This document shows positions 36,874 to 46,473 of a DNA stretch of 64,000 bases, piece by piece (the stretch's first letter is position 1; the number at the start of each line of letters is the position of its first letter). The stretch spans positions 124,001-188,000 of the IMG/VR virus record IMGVR_UViG_3300048597_000634; one strand, given 5' to 3'. The translations under genes and the position numbers were made by a program. The notes beneath the pieces are model-generated. The model was given only the letters and a program-made list of their open reading frames with translations. It was not told the origin of the DNA and did not search any database.

Positions 36874-37008
36874 ATTCTTATGGTGACAGCCCTGGCTAAT
36901 GACCAATAGAATGGTAGGATTTCTGCCTGTTTAGTAGGGTTGAAATTCCTAATATGATACTTCAAGTAGTAGGTGGTGCTTTGGTCTATCTCTTGTGTTA
37001 GTAGTGGT

Positions 37009-37209
37009 TTAGTCAGCAAGGTTCGGCAGGGATATAGATATGTAAGCGCCTTCTATGCTGTATAGAGCGCCATAAAACTCATCGGGTGAGTGTGGTATAT
37101 GAGCGATATTAGTTAGCCGTAGTTGATGGACAATGTTGTGGCGTAGCTCATAGGCTAACAATCGTCTTGGGTCGGCGGGTTGGTACGGAATATTTTTAAC
37201 GCTGAGCAT
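37009..37209 (-). CDS. MLTK-family small protein (variant)
   Basis: MLSVKN. Confidence 0.5.
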   Translation of the reverse strand: MLSVKNIPYQPADPRRLLAYELRHNIVHQLRLTNIAHIPHSPDEFYGALYSIEGAYISISLPNLAD

Positions 37210-37382
37210 TGGTAGACCTGATGGTTTTGTCGGCTGCTAAATCTACGCGTAAATACATCTTTCTGATGTCGTATAGAGTACCCTTGGTGGTGGCGCCGAC
37301 TATTCTAATTTTATTAACGGCTGCTTGTAGCTTCTCGGTATCAAACAATAGTAGCTGGGTGGTTTGTTTAGTCAGTCAGCAT
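37196..37382 (-). pseudogene. MLTK-family copy broken by a 4 nt duplication in the start motif
   Basis: ATGC-TGAC-TGAC-TAAA; removing one TGAC restores a ~60 aa MLTKQT ORF. Confidence 0.7.
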
Positions 37383-37540
37383 TAGCGTAAAAGCCTCATA
37401 TATAGAGGGAAGAACCATTTACTATGCCTGTCGTTAATAGCTTTGATTAGTGGGGCGAATATTGCTCTGGATAAGGCATTAAACTCCTTAGTCCAGGCCT
37501 CCTTCCATAGATTATCAACACCATTAAGTTGAAGCCTACG

Positions 37541-37789
37541 CTAGCTTCGTCTGACTGTCTCTTTATTTTGGGGGTGCTTGTTTTGGTTAACATGGCTCCA
37601 ATCCTTTGCTATTGCCTCAGCGTCTAACTGCCGGGCTTCTTTATCTGTCATTGGGCGGCGCTTTAGTCGTCTCCTGATATACTCAAAGCGCCTTGGGCGT
37701 GCTTTATAGGTGGCGCCGATGTCTAAGGTGCGGGCTACGCCGTCGGTAAATGCTTTAAAGTAGTTGTTCATAATAGAAGGCACCAGCAA
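37541..37789 (-). CDS. Hypothetical protein inserted in the array
   Basis: F..G.ARTLDIGAT...D.EAI..DW..V. Confidence 0.55.
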   Translation of the reverse strand: MLVPSIMNNYFKAFTDGVARTLDIGATYKARPRRFEYIRRRLKRRPMTDKEARQLDAEAIAKDWSHVNQNKHPQNKETVRRS

Positions 37790-37977
37790 TGTTCGATGAC
37801 AGCGGCGTAATAATTGGTTACTGCATCATGGTAATCCGCACAGTCAATATCGTACTCAGTTTGCCTTAGTTGGCAGAAGACATGGAACCCGGCGCCGGTC
37901 AGTACCTTCTCTTCGGGGGAGTCAGTGCGCGGGTCGTATTCCATTAAAGGGATGGATATGGTGCGTTTAGTCAGCAT
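37768..37977 (-). CDS. MLTK-family small protein
   Basis: MLTKRT. Confidence 0.55.
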   Translation of the reverse strand: MLTKRTISIPLMEYDPRTDSPEEKVLTGAGFHVFCQLRQTEYDIDCADYHDAVTNYYAAVIEHCWCLLL

Positions 37978-38121
37978 TATCGTAGGTGCCTCCCATTTAC
38001 AGCTATGCTGAACGGCATTAGATTCCTAATGGAATTCTTTACGTACACATTATGTTTCTTCTTAATAGCTCTTGTTAGTACACTTGCTATTTTTAAATTA
38101 GCGGGCGTATTTATAAGTTGT

Positions 38122-38307
38122 TTAGTCAGCATCGTCTTTTGGTTTTGCAAAGTAGTCTTTTATTTGCCGCCCAACGCCGGCGTTCATTAAATATCGGCCT
38201 AGTCTTGCGCTTCTAGTTAGCCTTATTTTGACGCAGGGACAACTATAAAGTGCTCGCCATAGATGGTCTACAGCACTACGTTTGGGTTTGATTTGTTTAG
38301 ACAGCAA
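38122..38307 (-). CDS. MLTK-family small protein
   Basis: TTG-LSKQI. Confidence 0.6.
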   Translation of the reverse strand: MLSKQIKPKRSAVDHLWRALYSCPCVKIRLTRSARLGRYLMNAGVGRQIKDYFAKPKDDAD

Positions 38308-38491
38308 TATCTCTTGTACCTCTATGATAATCGGACAGCAGTCTTCCGACGTTGGTATTCACTAGGTATAGTCCTAACCTTGTGTCTTTAGTAGAGCTGG
38401 GGATTAGATATCTTAGGGGATGAAGTACGTCCCAGAGATAATATTGGGCATTAATAGCGCTAGCTGGTGGTTTACCTGGCTTGCTCAGCAT
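38297..38491 (-). CDS. MLTK-family small protein
   Basis: MLSKPG; paralogue of 38122. Confidence 0.6.
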   Translation of the reverse strand: MLSKPGKPPASAINAQYYLWDVLHPLRYLIPSSTKDTRLGLYLVNTNVGRLLSDYHRGTRDIAV

Positions 38492-38660
38492 TCATTCTCA
38501 AGTCATAGTGGTAATTAGCCAAGCAATTCCCTACTCTGGCATTTGCCGACTGGATATTTCCTACCCACTGTGGCTCATTAAGTAGCATTGGTTTGCTCAG
38601 CTCTTGTATAAGTCTAAGGGGGATTATTTTATATTTAGGCTTGATGTGCTTGGTTAACAT
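38472..38660 (-). CDS. MLTK-family small protein
   Basis: MLTKHI. Confidence 0.6.
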   Translation of the reverse strand: MLTKHIKPKYKIIPLRLIQELSKPMLLNEPQWVGNIQSANARVGNCLANYHYDLRMNAEQAR

Positions 38661-38892
38661 AATTCGTTAGGGGGGCGGCTAAGGCGACTGCGGTAATGGT
38701 TTTCTGTTTAGCCGGCGGCCATTCATTAATCCCCACGTCATAAACTGATATCATCTGCGGCTCTGGCAGCCTATCTACAAACCAATCCTTGATGGTCTCT
38801 TTAAGTATATAGTTCGGCGGGCATTGCCTATAGGAGATTACAGTAAGGTGGTCTGGTCTAACGCGCCGCCGGCTATCGTATTTAGTGAGCAT
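38635..38892 (-). CDS. MLTK-family small protein
   Basis: MLTKYD. Confidence 0.55.
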   Translation of the reverse strand: MLTKYDSRRRVRPDHLTVISYRQCPPNYILKETIKDWFVDRLPEPQMISVYDVGINEWPPAKQKTITAVALAAPLTNYVNQAHQA

Positions 38893-39085
38893 GGCTAAAG
38901 GCTATTGTTGACCACAAGGCATTAAGGTTGGCGTCATCAAAATCTAAATTATGGTGAGTTCTAATCCATTCCACTTCGTTATAGAAGTCATAAAGCTTGA
39001 CCTCGGTTTTTATCGTCATAGCTAACCATATGTTGATGATGTCTCTTTTAGATGCGTAGGGGCGGGCTTTAGACTTGGTTAACAT
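38882..39085 (-). CDS. MLTK-family small protein
   Basis: MLTKSK. Confidence 0.55.
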   Translation of the reverse strand: MLTKSKARPYASKRDIINIWLAMTIKTEVKLYDFYNEVEWIRTHHNLDFDDANLNALWSTIAFSHAH

Positions 39086-39251
39086 AATCCCCGTCCGCAA
39101 GGTTAATTGCTAGTCTAAATAACATTAAATTTGTAATGGCATGCCTGTTATATTTATTATGCTCACGTTCTAATACTACTGTTAGTGTAGAATTAGTGCG
39201 AGTAATATACGGTCTAAGTACATAAGAGCGCACTTTACGTTTAGTCAACAT
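39069..39251 (-). CDS. MLTK-family small protein
   Basis: MLTKRK. Confidence 0.55.
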   Translation of the reverse strand: MLTKRKVRSYVLRPYITRTNSTLTVVLEREHNKYNRHAITNLMLFRLAINLADGDYVNQV

Positions 39252-39253
39252 AA

Positions 39254-39454
39254 TTAGCGGCGGCAATGTTGTAGATAATGAACTGTTTCTAGTGCTAATC
39301 TAATCCTGGACTCACGCGCTCTTGGGAATACTCCTATAGGTAGCGCGGCACGAGCAATGGATTCTTTGAGTAGTGAGTATACAGGGATGCCGCCGTAGAT
39401 AACGAATAGCTCTAATTGATTGACGTAGGTTCTAGCACTATGTTTATTCAACAT
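39254..39454 (-). CDS. MLTK-family small protein
   Basis: MLNKHS. Confidence 0.55.
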   Translation of the reverse strand: MLNKHSARTYVNQLELFVIYGGIPVYSLLKESIARAALPIGVFPRARESRIRLALETVHYLQHCRR

Positions 39455-39794
39455 TAGAAGGCACCTTAGTGAATTTGGTAGGTCTAGTTAGCTTGTAATC
39501 TAGAGTTCGCTCATCAATGAAGTGGCGATGATTAACGTAGCCTTTCCAGTACTCTTCGACCCGTGCATCAAACTCTACTATGTCGCCTGGCATTAAACAT
39601 AATGAGTCTAAAGTCTTGCCCACAGTGAACCAAATATGGTCTGTTACGATTTGACCAGTAGTCATTAATACTACGTCTTTAAGGAGTATTGTCGGCAATG
39701 GAGGACCTTTAAATGCCGCCTTCGTACCAAACTTCTCCACTACTCCTCTGAACCTCAGTCTTTGTCCGTGTAGCTTTTTAAGCTCTTTTCTCAT
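39444..39794 (-). CDS. Conserved hypothetical phage protein (OB-fold-like)
   Basis: F.G.V..FG...T.LL..V...DHIW...GD.VEFDARV..Y.KGY. Confidence 0.6.
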   Translation of the reverse strand: MRKELKKLHGQRLRFRGVVEKFGTKAAFKGPPLPTILLKDVVLMTTGQIVTDHIWFTVGKTLDSLCLMPGDIVEFDARVEEYWKGYVNHRHFIDERTLDYKLTRPTKFTKVPSNVE

Positions 39795-40555
39795 AGCATA
39801 TCTCCATAGAGTAGTAATGCTGTGGCATATAGCTTATCTATGGCTCCCACTTGCTCTGCGTAACTTAAGACATTTAACTTTTGATTCTTTGCCCGAGTCA
39901 CTAAGTCTACGTGATGGCGGTAACGATACTCTTTGTACAAGTTGGTCCACAGGTAGCGATATTCTTCACCGGTGCGATAAGAATAAGATCGAATTAACTC
40001 GTTGATGGCGCTTCTTGTTGATTTTTCTGGCACCACCTCTGTACAAGCAGGTAGTGCCTTAAGTTCTGCATCTACGCGGGAGAAGCGGTCTTCAATCTTA
40101 TCTAACCGTTCATCATGTTTCAGAAGGTGTTGTTGTTGTAGAGCCATATTCCGCTCAAGGTCTACTGTCAGTTGAACGGAGGCTAAAAGTTGTTCCGCCA
40201 GTGTCATCTGTTTAATAGACACTGTGCCTTTGGTAAGCAATTCTTCTACCCAGCCATCTACCTGTACAGCTAACTCAGGAGAGCACCACTGAGCAAATCG
40301 GATACAGGCCCGGCGATGCGCCCATGTACCACGTTCCTCATTAGTCCCTCCAGATTCATTAACCTGGATTATTTGGTCTACCGGAATTCCGATAGACTCC
40401 TCTAACGCTTGTAGATATTGGTTCGTAGTTTTATTTGCTAGCCAATGTCCCACTGACTTGCCAGTAGCGTGAGCCATATCTGTTAGGCTGCCGTACTGGT
40501 CTTTCTCCCTCCAACGGATAGATTTGTTATTCCATATCTTGATGATGTTCGACAT
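39791..40555 (-). CDS. KilA-N domain protein (antirepressor-like)
   Basis: SLTDMA...GK....WL....T, GTWAH...FAQWCSPEL.V.V. Confidence 0.85.
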   Translation of the reverse strand: MSNIIKIWNNKSIRWREKDQYGSLTDMAHATGKSVGHWLANKTTNQYLQALEESIGIPVDQIIQVNESGGTNEERGTWAHRRACIRFAQWCSPELAVQVDGWVEELLTKGTVSIKQMTLAEQLLASVQLTVDLERNMALQQQHLLKHDERLDKIEDRFSRVDAELKALPACTEVVPEKSTRSAINELIRSYSYRTGEEYRYLWTNLYKEYRYRHHVDLVTRAKNQKLNVLSYAEQVGAIDKLYATALLLYGDML

Positions 40556-40557
40556 CT

Positions 40558-40986
40558 CTAGTCCTCTAGATAATATAAACGGACGGCGACCCCATATAGC
40601 TTATCAATCACACCTAGTTCTTCAGCGTAATCCACGACTCTTTTCTTTGATTTCTTTGCTCTAGCTATGAGGTCGACGTTATAACGGCGGTGGTACTCCT
40701 TAAATAAGTTTTCCCATAGATAGTCAAAGCCCTCGCCGGTACGGTACGCGTAATCTTGGATTAACTCGTTGAGGCTACTACGAACAGACTTCTCAGGTAT
40801 ATCCAAGTCAATAACTTGTAGTTGCTTTTCTAACCTCGTTAAACGAGCATTATGGTGCTGCAGTAGGTTATGGTGCTGGGCCAACTTCTGTTCATGCCCT
40901 ACTGCTAGCTGAGCTATAGCCAGTAATTGCTCGGCGGTGGTTCGAGGTTTAGATTCAGTAGAATATACTTCTTCAAAGTTAGTCAT
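40558..40986 (-). CDS. Paralogue of the KilA-N protein C-terminal region
   Basis: AEQLLA, PEKS.RS..NELI, YRTGE...LW..L.KEY, IDKLY shared. Confidence 0.75.
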   Translation of the reverse strand: MTNFEEVYSTESKPRTTAEQLLAIAQLAVGHEQKLAQHHNLLQHHNARLTRLEKQLQVIDLDIPEKSVRSSLNELIQDYAYRTGEGFDYLWENLFKEYHRRYNVDLIARAKKSKKRVVDYAEELGVIDKLYGVAVRLYYLED

Positions 40987-41129
40987 GATAGTAATTGTTA
41001 GTAAACAAAAGGCCCCCGCTGACTAGAGTCAACAAGGGCTTGGTAACCGTAAAAACAGAAAAGTTGCTGGGTGCCCCTATATGGCCCGGCACTGCCCTTC
41101 AGGCACAAAAGGGAGGCCGTCGTGATTAA

Positions 41130-41447
41130 TTAGTCAACACAAACATAGTCATCACGGACGAACCCGCGCTGCCCGTTACCGGTGTAAACTTCATCCCAAT
41201 ACCAACCTTGGCTGGGGATAAACGCCCGTACAACGGTTAGTCGTTCACCGTGGCGTAGTTGTCGCACTGTTCGATGATTGGTGCCAGGGCCAGCTCGTAA
41301 GTTTAATGTGGTGCGCGTGTCATTAAGGCATACATAGCCGTTAAAGCCTGGGTCGGGATTGTTAAAACTGGCAGGGCGACCGATAAAGCCGGGGCCTGGG
41401 TTAGCTTGAGACAGTAATAAGGCGGCGGAAAGGATAGTTTCGAACAT
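41130..41447 (-). CDS. Secreted SH3b-domain protein
   Basis: Signal-like N-terminus; LNLRAGPGT...L..G...W..V...GFV..DY. Confidence 0.8.
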   Translation of the reverse strand: MFETILSAALLLSQANPGPGFIGRPASFNNPDPGFNGYVCLNDTRTTLNLRAGPGTNHRTVRQLRHGERLTVVRAFIPSQGWYWDEVYTGNGQRGFVRDDYVCVD

Positions 41448-41468
41448 GTTATTTAGGGGGATGGGTGA

Positions 41469-42077
41469 TTAGTTATCAAGCGTTAGGTGCTCAGTTAATA
41501 TCGGCGTAATAGCTTCTATTAGTGAATCGACTTCTCTGGTTGTGTAGAGTCTTACTCGTTTAGTGCCACGAAATCTAGTGTCTATATCTACTGGAATAAC
41601 CTGCCTGTTTGTCGTGTAAGTGGAGAGTAAGTCCTTTAGCTGAGACTGTGTCAGCCTGGCAGATTCTTCCACGTATTGGTTATAACTAGAGCCTACCCAA
41701 TAGTATTCTTCCGAGTCACTTACTTTGGGCGCTCTTTTGAACAAGCAACCGAAGACGGCCTCCTTAAAGCTTACGTTGAGGTACTTAACTCTGTCATTTG
41801 AGTTGTAGTAACATAAACTGCCGCTGCTGTAACTAGGTTTGAAAGCATAGTAGTTTTTCTGTCTATACGCAGTTAAGGGTAGGTCTAAGTCCATGACTTT
41901 TTTCTCGAAGTAGTCCTGAAAACTACATAACCCTACACTAGGTATAGTTTTGTTATGTGTAAGGTTTGTCAGTAAGGTGATTAAGTCCAGCTGCTCGTCA
42001 ACAGCTATCTCTATTTTTTTCGCTTTACCTTCTACGACTAAATTTATGGACCCTATAGGTAAAACAATCTTGGACAT
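41469..42077 (-). CDS. Hypothetical protein
   Basis: 202 aa ORF. Confidence 0.6.
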   Translation of the reverse strand: MSKIVLPIGSINLVVEGKAKKIEIAVDEQLDLITLLTNLTHNKTIPSVGLCSFQDYFEKKVMDLDLPLTAYRQKNYYAFKPSYSSGSLCYYNSNDRVKYLNVSFKEAVFGCLFKRAPKVSDSEEYYWVGSSYNQYVEESARLTQSQLKDLLSTYTTNRQVIPVDIDTRFRGTKRVRLYTTREVDSLIEAITPILTEHLTLDN

Positions 42078-42670
42078 TAGATAGAAACGTTTAGGTAATG
42101 GGGTTTATGGATACGGACAAAAGCTAACACTACATCCAAGTCTTGTTTGTTGGTGGTAGCAATACAACCCTCAGTGCCGTCTTCTTTAGGATTACGCTCA
42201 AAGGATGGGTCATAGTGTATGCCTAAGGCAAACCGACCGGTGTTGAATTGGGGGTTGATTGGTAAGAAACGCCCGCCCACTTCAGCACTACTACCTGCTA
42301 CCCATTGCCGGGAGACGGTGTACTTGCCGTTTGGTAACGGAGCTTCGGTACCACTTTGGTTTCGGTTACGGGATTGGGTATGGGCGCGCCCAGATACTGT
42401 TAATACCGACGCTATTAGCTTACCATCGGCGAACATCTGCAATTCGTATAATGGGTTGCCAAAGCGGTTAGTTATGGTAGTGGGGCGCATGACCATGAAG
42501 TTGTAGTTTGGGATAGTGGCGGCGGCGGGTTCGGGCGGTGGAATTACCTCAATAGGTACAGCTTGTGAAGTGTTAGGTAATTCACTGAGGATGGGTCGGA
42601 TGGGGGTACCGTTGCCGCAACTTGATAGTAGTGAGCAGAGGGATAAGGCGGTTAGGAGTTTGATAGACAT
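42077..42670 (-). CDS. L,D-transpeptidase-family lipoprotein
   Basis: Lipobox LLSSC; APLP.G.Y; LGIH...GTEGCI. Confidence 0.75.
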   Translation of the reverse strand: MSIKLLTALSLCSLLSSCGNGTPIRPILSELPNTSQAVPIEVIPPPEPAAATIPNYNFMVMRPTTITNRFGNPLYELQMFADGKLIASVLTVSGRAHTQSRNRNQSGTEAPLPNGKYTVSRQWVAGSSAEVGGRFLPINPQFNTGRFALGIHYDPSFERNPKEDGTEGCIATTNKQDLDVVLAFVRIHKPHYLNVSI

Positions 42671-42840
42671 TGGTGTATTTCTCTAGATATTAATAAGTGC
42701 CAATCTAAGGCAGTTATGCTCACGTTAATCAGTCTTATCGGTATATACAGAGAGTGACGGGACTCCACTACTATCCTTATATGCTTACCTAGACTGCTTA
42801 CTTTGTGGACCTGGCGCTGCGTGTTTTGTTTACTTAACAT
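42652..42840 (-). CDS. MLTK-family small protein
   Basis: MLSKQN. Confidence 0.5.
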   Translation of the reverse strand: MLSKQNTQRQVHKVSSLGKHIRIVVESRHSLYIPIRLINVSITALDWHLLISREIHQCLSNS

Positions 42841-42896
42841 GATTTTGAAAGAATAAAGCCCCCGCTTTAATCGAGGGCTAGGCTTAGCAGTAGCTA

Positions 42897-43967
42897 TTAA
42901 GTCCGTAACACAGGATAAATAGACGAAGGACGGAAGCTGCAACCTTCTAACGCCTCGCCGGGGCTAGCCAAGTATTCTTGAGCCTCTTCACAATTACGGC
43001 AACCAGGGTCCACTTCTAAGGCATAGGGGCGCCCGGTGCTGGGGTCATAGGTGAACAATACCTTCATATCTTCCAACGCCATTAAAGACTCCATCCACAT
43101 AGAGTTAGTATTCGGCAACTGAATGGTCTTAACATCCAGTACTTCGGCGTTCATCTCAGTGCAATAGCGGTCCCAACCATAGCCGGTGATCCGCAGGCGT
43201 TTAACCTCTTGGTCTTCTTCCTTATTGATCTGCTCCAGAGTTTGGGTCTCAGGACGCATGACGATTTGTTCGTCTACAATGACGCCGCCGATAGCCCACA
43301 CTGCAAATCCATCGGGGTAGAGAATAGCCGGGCCCTCAGGGTTATTAAGGCACTCATTTTCTGCGTCCCAATGCACTTCCACGGGGTTCTCAGACACAAT
43401 GGCCACGCCGTCGTAGACAATGGCACAGCTAATCATCTGACCGAAGTCCCGTAGGAGCTCTACGGATTCCATATCTACTTCGATATCGTGGGCGATGCAA
43501 GCCTCTGCGTAGGCTAAGGAACCTTGGAGCCAATAGGAGTAGAGGAAGTCAGAGCTGAGGTAATAGCGGAGGTTATCTACGTCTGATTTGTATTGCTCTA
43601 GGGTTTCGGTTACTAGTGTGTCGATGGTAGCCAGGTCGTCTACTAAGGGTTGCTCGCCGGTTACTTTGTAGTGAACGTATTCATCAGTGCGTTGGGTGCT
43701 GACGCCGGCCTTTTGTTCAATGGTTTGCCATTGTTCGGGGGTGATAAAGCCCAAGGAGTTTAGTTTGAGGGCTTTATTAGTCATATCGGCGGGGCTATCG
43801 GCGAAGATAACTTCAGGCTTGTCGAGGTTAGCCATGGAGTAGACTTTGCAGAGGGCGTTGGTGAAGCGGGGGCGGTCAATGGGTCCTTTAAGGATAGTAG
43901 CGTTAGCCCGCATATGGGCTTCGAGTTTCTGCAGAGTGGCTTCGTCGAGTTGCTTATTGTTAGACAT
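42897..43967 (-). CDS. DUF6745-like protein
   Basis: A...VY..A.L..P.VI..DSP, SE.P..H, GPAI.YPDG..W...GV, I..E...E..R, DPSTGR.Y.L.V.P. Confidence 0.7.
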   Translation of the reverse strand: MSNNKQLDEATLQKLEAHMRANATILKGPIDRPRFTNALCKVYSMANLDKPEVIFADSPADMTNKALKLNSLGFITPEQWQTIEQKAGVSTQRTDEYVHYKVTGEQPLVDDLATIDTLVTETLEQYKSDVDNLRYYLSSDFLYSYWLQGSLAYAEACIAHDIEVDMESVELLRDFGQMISCAIVYDGVAIVSENPVEVHWDAENECLNNPEGPAILYPDGFAVWAIGGVIVDEQIVMRPETQTLEQINKEEDQEVKRLRITGYGWDRYCTEMNAEVLDVKTIQLPNTNSMWMESLMALEDMKVLFTYDPSTGRPYALEVDPGCRNCEEAQEYLASPGEALEGCSFRPSSIYPVLRT

Positions 43968-44031
43968 AAGTTATGAATGATGGTTGATTAATTAGATGGA
44001 GGGTAATTAGCGCGGTTAGTCGTCTTTTTAT

Positions 44032-44427
44032 TTAGCGGAGCATAGAGTAGTTTGACTTAATATACTTCCTACGCTGAGGTTCGTCCCGATAATCTGCTGC
44101 ATGTACACGGTCGAAGAAGTATAACTCAGGCTCACCTGGGATTGTGTAGAGTTCTGTATGGGCGCCGGCGTTATCAAACACTTCTAAGTTAGTTACCACT
44201 TGATGGTCGATTTCAGTAATAGGCTCACCATCGGGGTAGTGTAATTGCTTGAGTAGGTTGGTGGTGTGATACTCACGGAACTTGGGGTGGTTATAGATCC
44301 ATAGTTCGGAGCCATGGGCGCGCCACTCTTGGGGCATTAGTTTTGACTCAACGAAGGTAAGTAGTAGGTACTCAGTGATATCGTCGTTGAGTTTAGAGAT
44401 GGTTACTAAGTTAATAGGGGGTTGCAT
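44032..44427 (-). CDS. Hypothetical protein
   Basis: 131 aa ORF. Confidence 0.55.
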   Translation of the reverse strand: MQPPINLVTISKLNDDITEYLLLTFVESKLMPQEWRAHGSELWIYNHPKFREYHTTNLLKQLHYPDGEPITEIDHQVVTNLEVFDNAGAHTELYTIPGEPELYFFDRVHAADYRDEPQRRKYIKSNYSMLR

Positions 44428-44450
44428 GGGGGGTTTAGTATCCTTTTTGT

Positions 44451-45761
44451 TTAGCGGTGGTTATGCACCCTGACCGCGCGGTACATGATGTCCCAGCACG
44501 ATTCTAAGCGGTCGTAGTAGGACTTAATGCTATCAAAGACCGGCGCCTCAATGTAGTTAAGGTTATATGGTCGGCAGACGCGTAAGATGTTGGCTATTAC
44601 CTTGGTAGTAAGCGTTTGGTTACTGGCTAATGGCATATACCACGCGTCTATAGACTGTACCGCTTTGTAGTTGTCGGCTTGGTTAATGGCGGCGGCTTTG
44701 GTAATCATTTCTGCTCTGGGAAATAGGCATAAGCTTTGTACATAGAGTAAGGATAGTAATCGTTAATACCCTGACGAGTGTTGAGCTTTTTGAGTTTAAG
44801 CATCACTAAAACCCGGACTAAGTCTACCTCGCATCTATGTTTAATTCTGGTGGTTTTGGTGATCATTCGTAGCTAAGGGGGCTTTGGCACATGCTTGGCA
44901 CATGCTTGGCGCATGCTCTGTACCAAAAGTGAAAGTCAATAAAGAGGTCGTAGAGTCTTCTATTCCACTGAGGTTTACTATCTTCGACCTTTATCCTAAC
45001 TGCAAGTAGTGTATTTTCTAACTCTTCGTTTGATTTAGTAAACTTACTGATGTTTTTGTAGAGCATGATTAAGCAGGGCTATGCGAGTTCCACGTAATAA
45101 ATTGGCTACTTCTTTGACTTTAATGATTCTGTGCCCTTTATGTAAAATCATGATGCGTAGGTCGTTTTCTATGCGGTCACTGACCTCATCAAATACAAAG
45201 ATGCTCCTGTAATTACTGTGTATGTTAAAGGCTATGGTTTTAGTAATCATTCGTCATTAGGGGCGTTTGCTGCACGTCTATACCTCATATATGTTTTTCT
45301 GAGCTCTTCAATAGTTCTAGCCCATGGTGGACTACTTTTTGTAGATACCCTCCTACAATTAAGTAGCACTAGCTCCAAGTCTACGGTTAATTTAGTAAAT
45401 TGACTAATGTCTTTCGCTAACATGTCGGTAATATAGGTGCTTGTAGTCTACGAAGGGTGCTACGCCAAACCATAGTCCTGCGGGCCTTACATATTCAAGG
45501 CGCCGCAAGACTCTAGATACGTAGAGCTGTATATGCCTCTCTTTTGTAGTGTGTTTAGTTAACATTTCTAAACATCCTAAGCAAGATCGCGCAAGTACCC
45601 ATTAGCAAGTTAGGTATTTCCTTAACCTTTATGGTGGTGTGTACCTTAGACATGGTCATGAATCGCAGGTAATTCTCAATGAGGTTCCAGACGTTACGAA
45701 AGGGTGGGTAAATGTCGCCATACCTGGTTTGTTGGTTGAGAAGGGTTGATTTAGTCAGCAT
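44451..45761 (-). other. Array of 7 MLTK-family ORFs (44451-44708, 44705-44866, 44863-45066, 45044-45250, 45247-45423, 45404-45565, 45555-45761)
   Basis: MITK, MITK, MLYK, MITK, MLAK, MLTK, MLTK; all overlap their neighbours; three members are under 60 aa and were translated manually. Confidence 0.8.
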
Positions 45762-45975
45762 CGCTGCCGCTCCACGCTACTCGTTCTAACAATAGCCGTT
45801 CTAAGTCGTTATGGGTTTGTGACCAATCCATTTTATATTCTACGGAGTCGGCGTGCTCCTCCCATTGCTCTTTGGTCAAGGAGTCAGAGAATGCATCGTA
45901 TTCCCACCAGGCGGCGATGATTTCATCTTCAGGGTCGAGTTGTGACAATGCTTGGATAGCTTCTTGTACGGTCAT
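45751..45975 (-). CDS. Hypothetical acidic protein
   Basis: MTV.E.I..L..LDP; ends DAD* in the next motif. Confidence 0.55.
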   Translation of the reverse strand: MTVQEAIQALSQLDPEDEIIAAWWEYDAFSDSLTKEQWEEHADSVEYKMDWSQTHNDLERLLLERVAWSGSDAD

Positions 45976-46241
45976 AGGTGCAAGTTCCTCTTAACGATGG
46001 GGGTTGTTGTGCATAGTGGCGCGGTCAGATAGGCTTTGGTGTTTAAGTAAGCATTACATGCGACTAAGGCCGCGGCCCTAGCACAATCAGAGTGCCGGCA
46101 GTAGTAATATTGAAAGCTGGTAGTTGATGTAGTTTCTGCTTTGTTAAATAGTCTAGCCTGCCTTATTCGGGTATGGACTGTGTTACAAAGTGCCCGGGCA
46201 ATGATGTCATTTCGTCCGGTTTGTGTTTGGTATTTGAGCAT
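45972..46241 (-). CDS. Small basic protein
   Basis: 89 aa ORF. Confidence 0.4.
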   Translation of the reverse strand: MLKYQTQTGRNDIIARALCNTVHTRIRQARLFNKAETTSTTSFQYYYCRHSDCARAAALVACNAYLNTKAYLTAPLCTTTPIVKRNLHL

Positions 46242-46425
46242 GGTTAAAGATTAGTTTGTGCCGTATTGGGGTTTTAGCACACGCGATATGTGGTAAGTCG
46301 TAATGCTTGTGTAGAAACATCACTAATCTGGGACGCCCAATTACTCTGGTATGTCGTTCGAGTATTATGCTAAGCTTCCCGGCAGTGTCCTGCTTCTCTA
46401 CATGTTTGCCTTTATGTTTAATCAT
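46207..46425 (-). CDS. Small basic protein
   Basis: 72 aa ORF. Confidence 0.4.
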   Translation of the reverse strand: MIKHKGKHVEKQDTAGKLSIILERHTRVIGRPRLVMFLHKHYDLPHIACAKTPIRHKLIFNHAQIPNTNRTK

Positions 46426-46473
46426 ATTTACTAAACGCCCCGGCTAATTATTAACCGGGGCTCCTATTGTTTA

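Larger units (their letters stand above)
34812..39454 (-). other. Main tandem array of about 22 MLTK-family ORFs
   Basis: Near-continuous overlapping 48-85 aa ORFs. Includes sub-60 aa members missing from the track (36870-37019, 37447-37593, 37977-38132) and two disrupted copies. Confidence 0.85.

Noticed and set aside
34812-39454. MLTK arrays as a CRISPR array or integron
   Set aside because: The repeat is only ~12 nt and degenerate, units are ~150-260 nt ORFs, and no attC-like palindromes, cas genes or integrase are present in the window.
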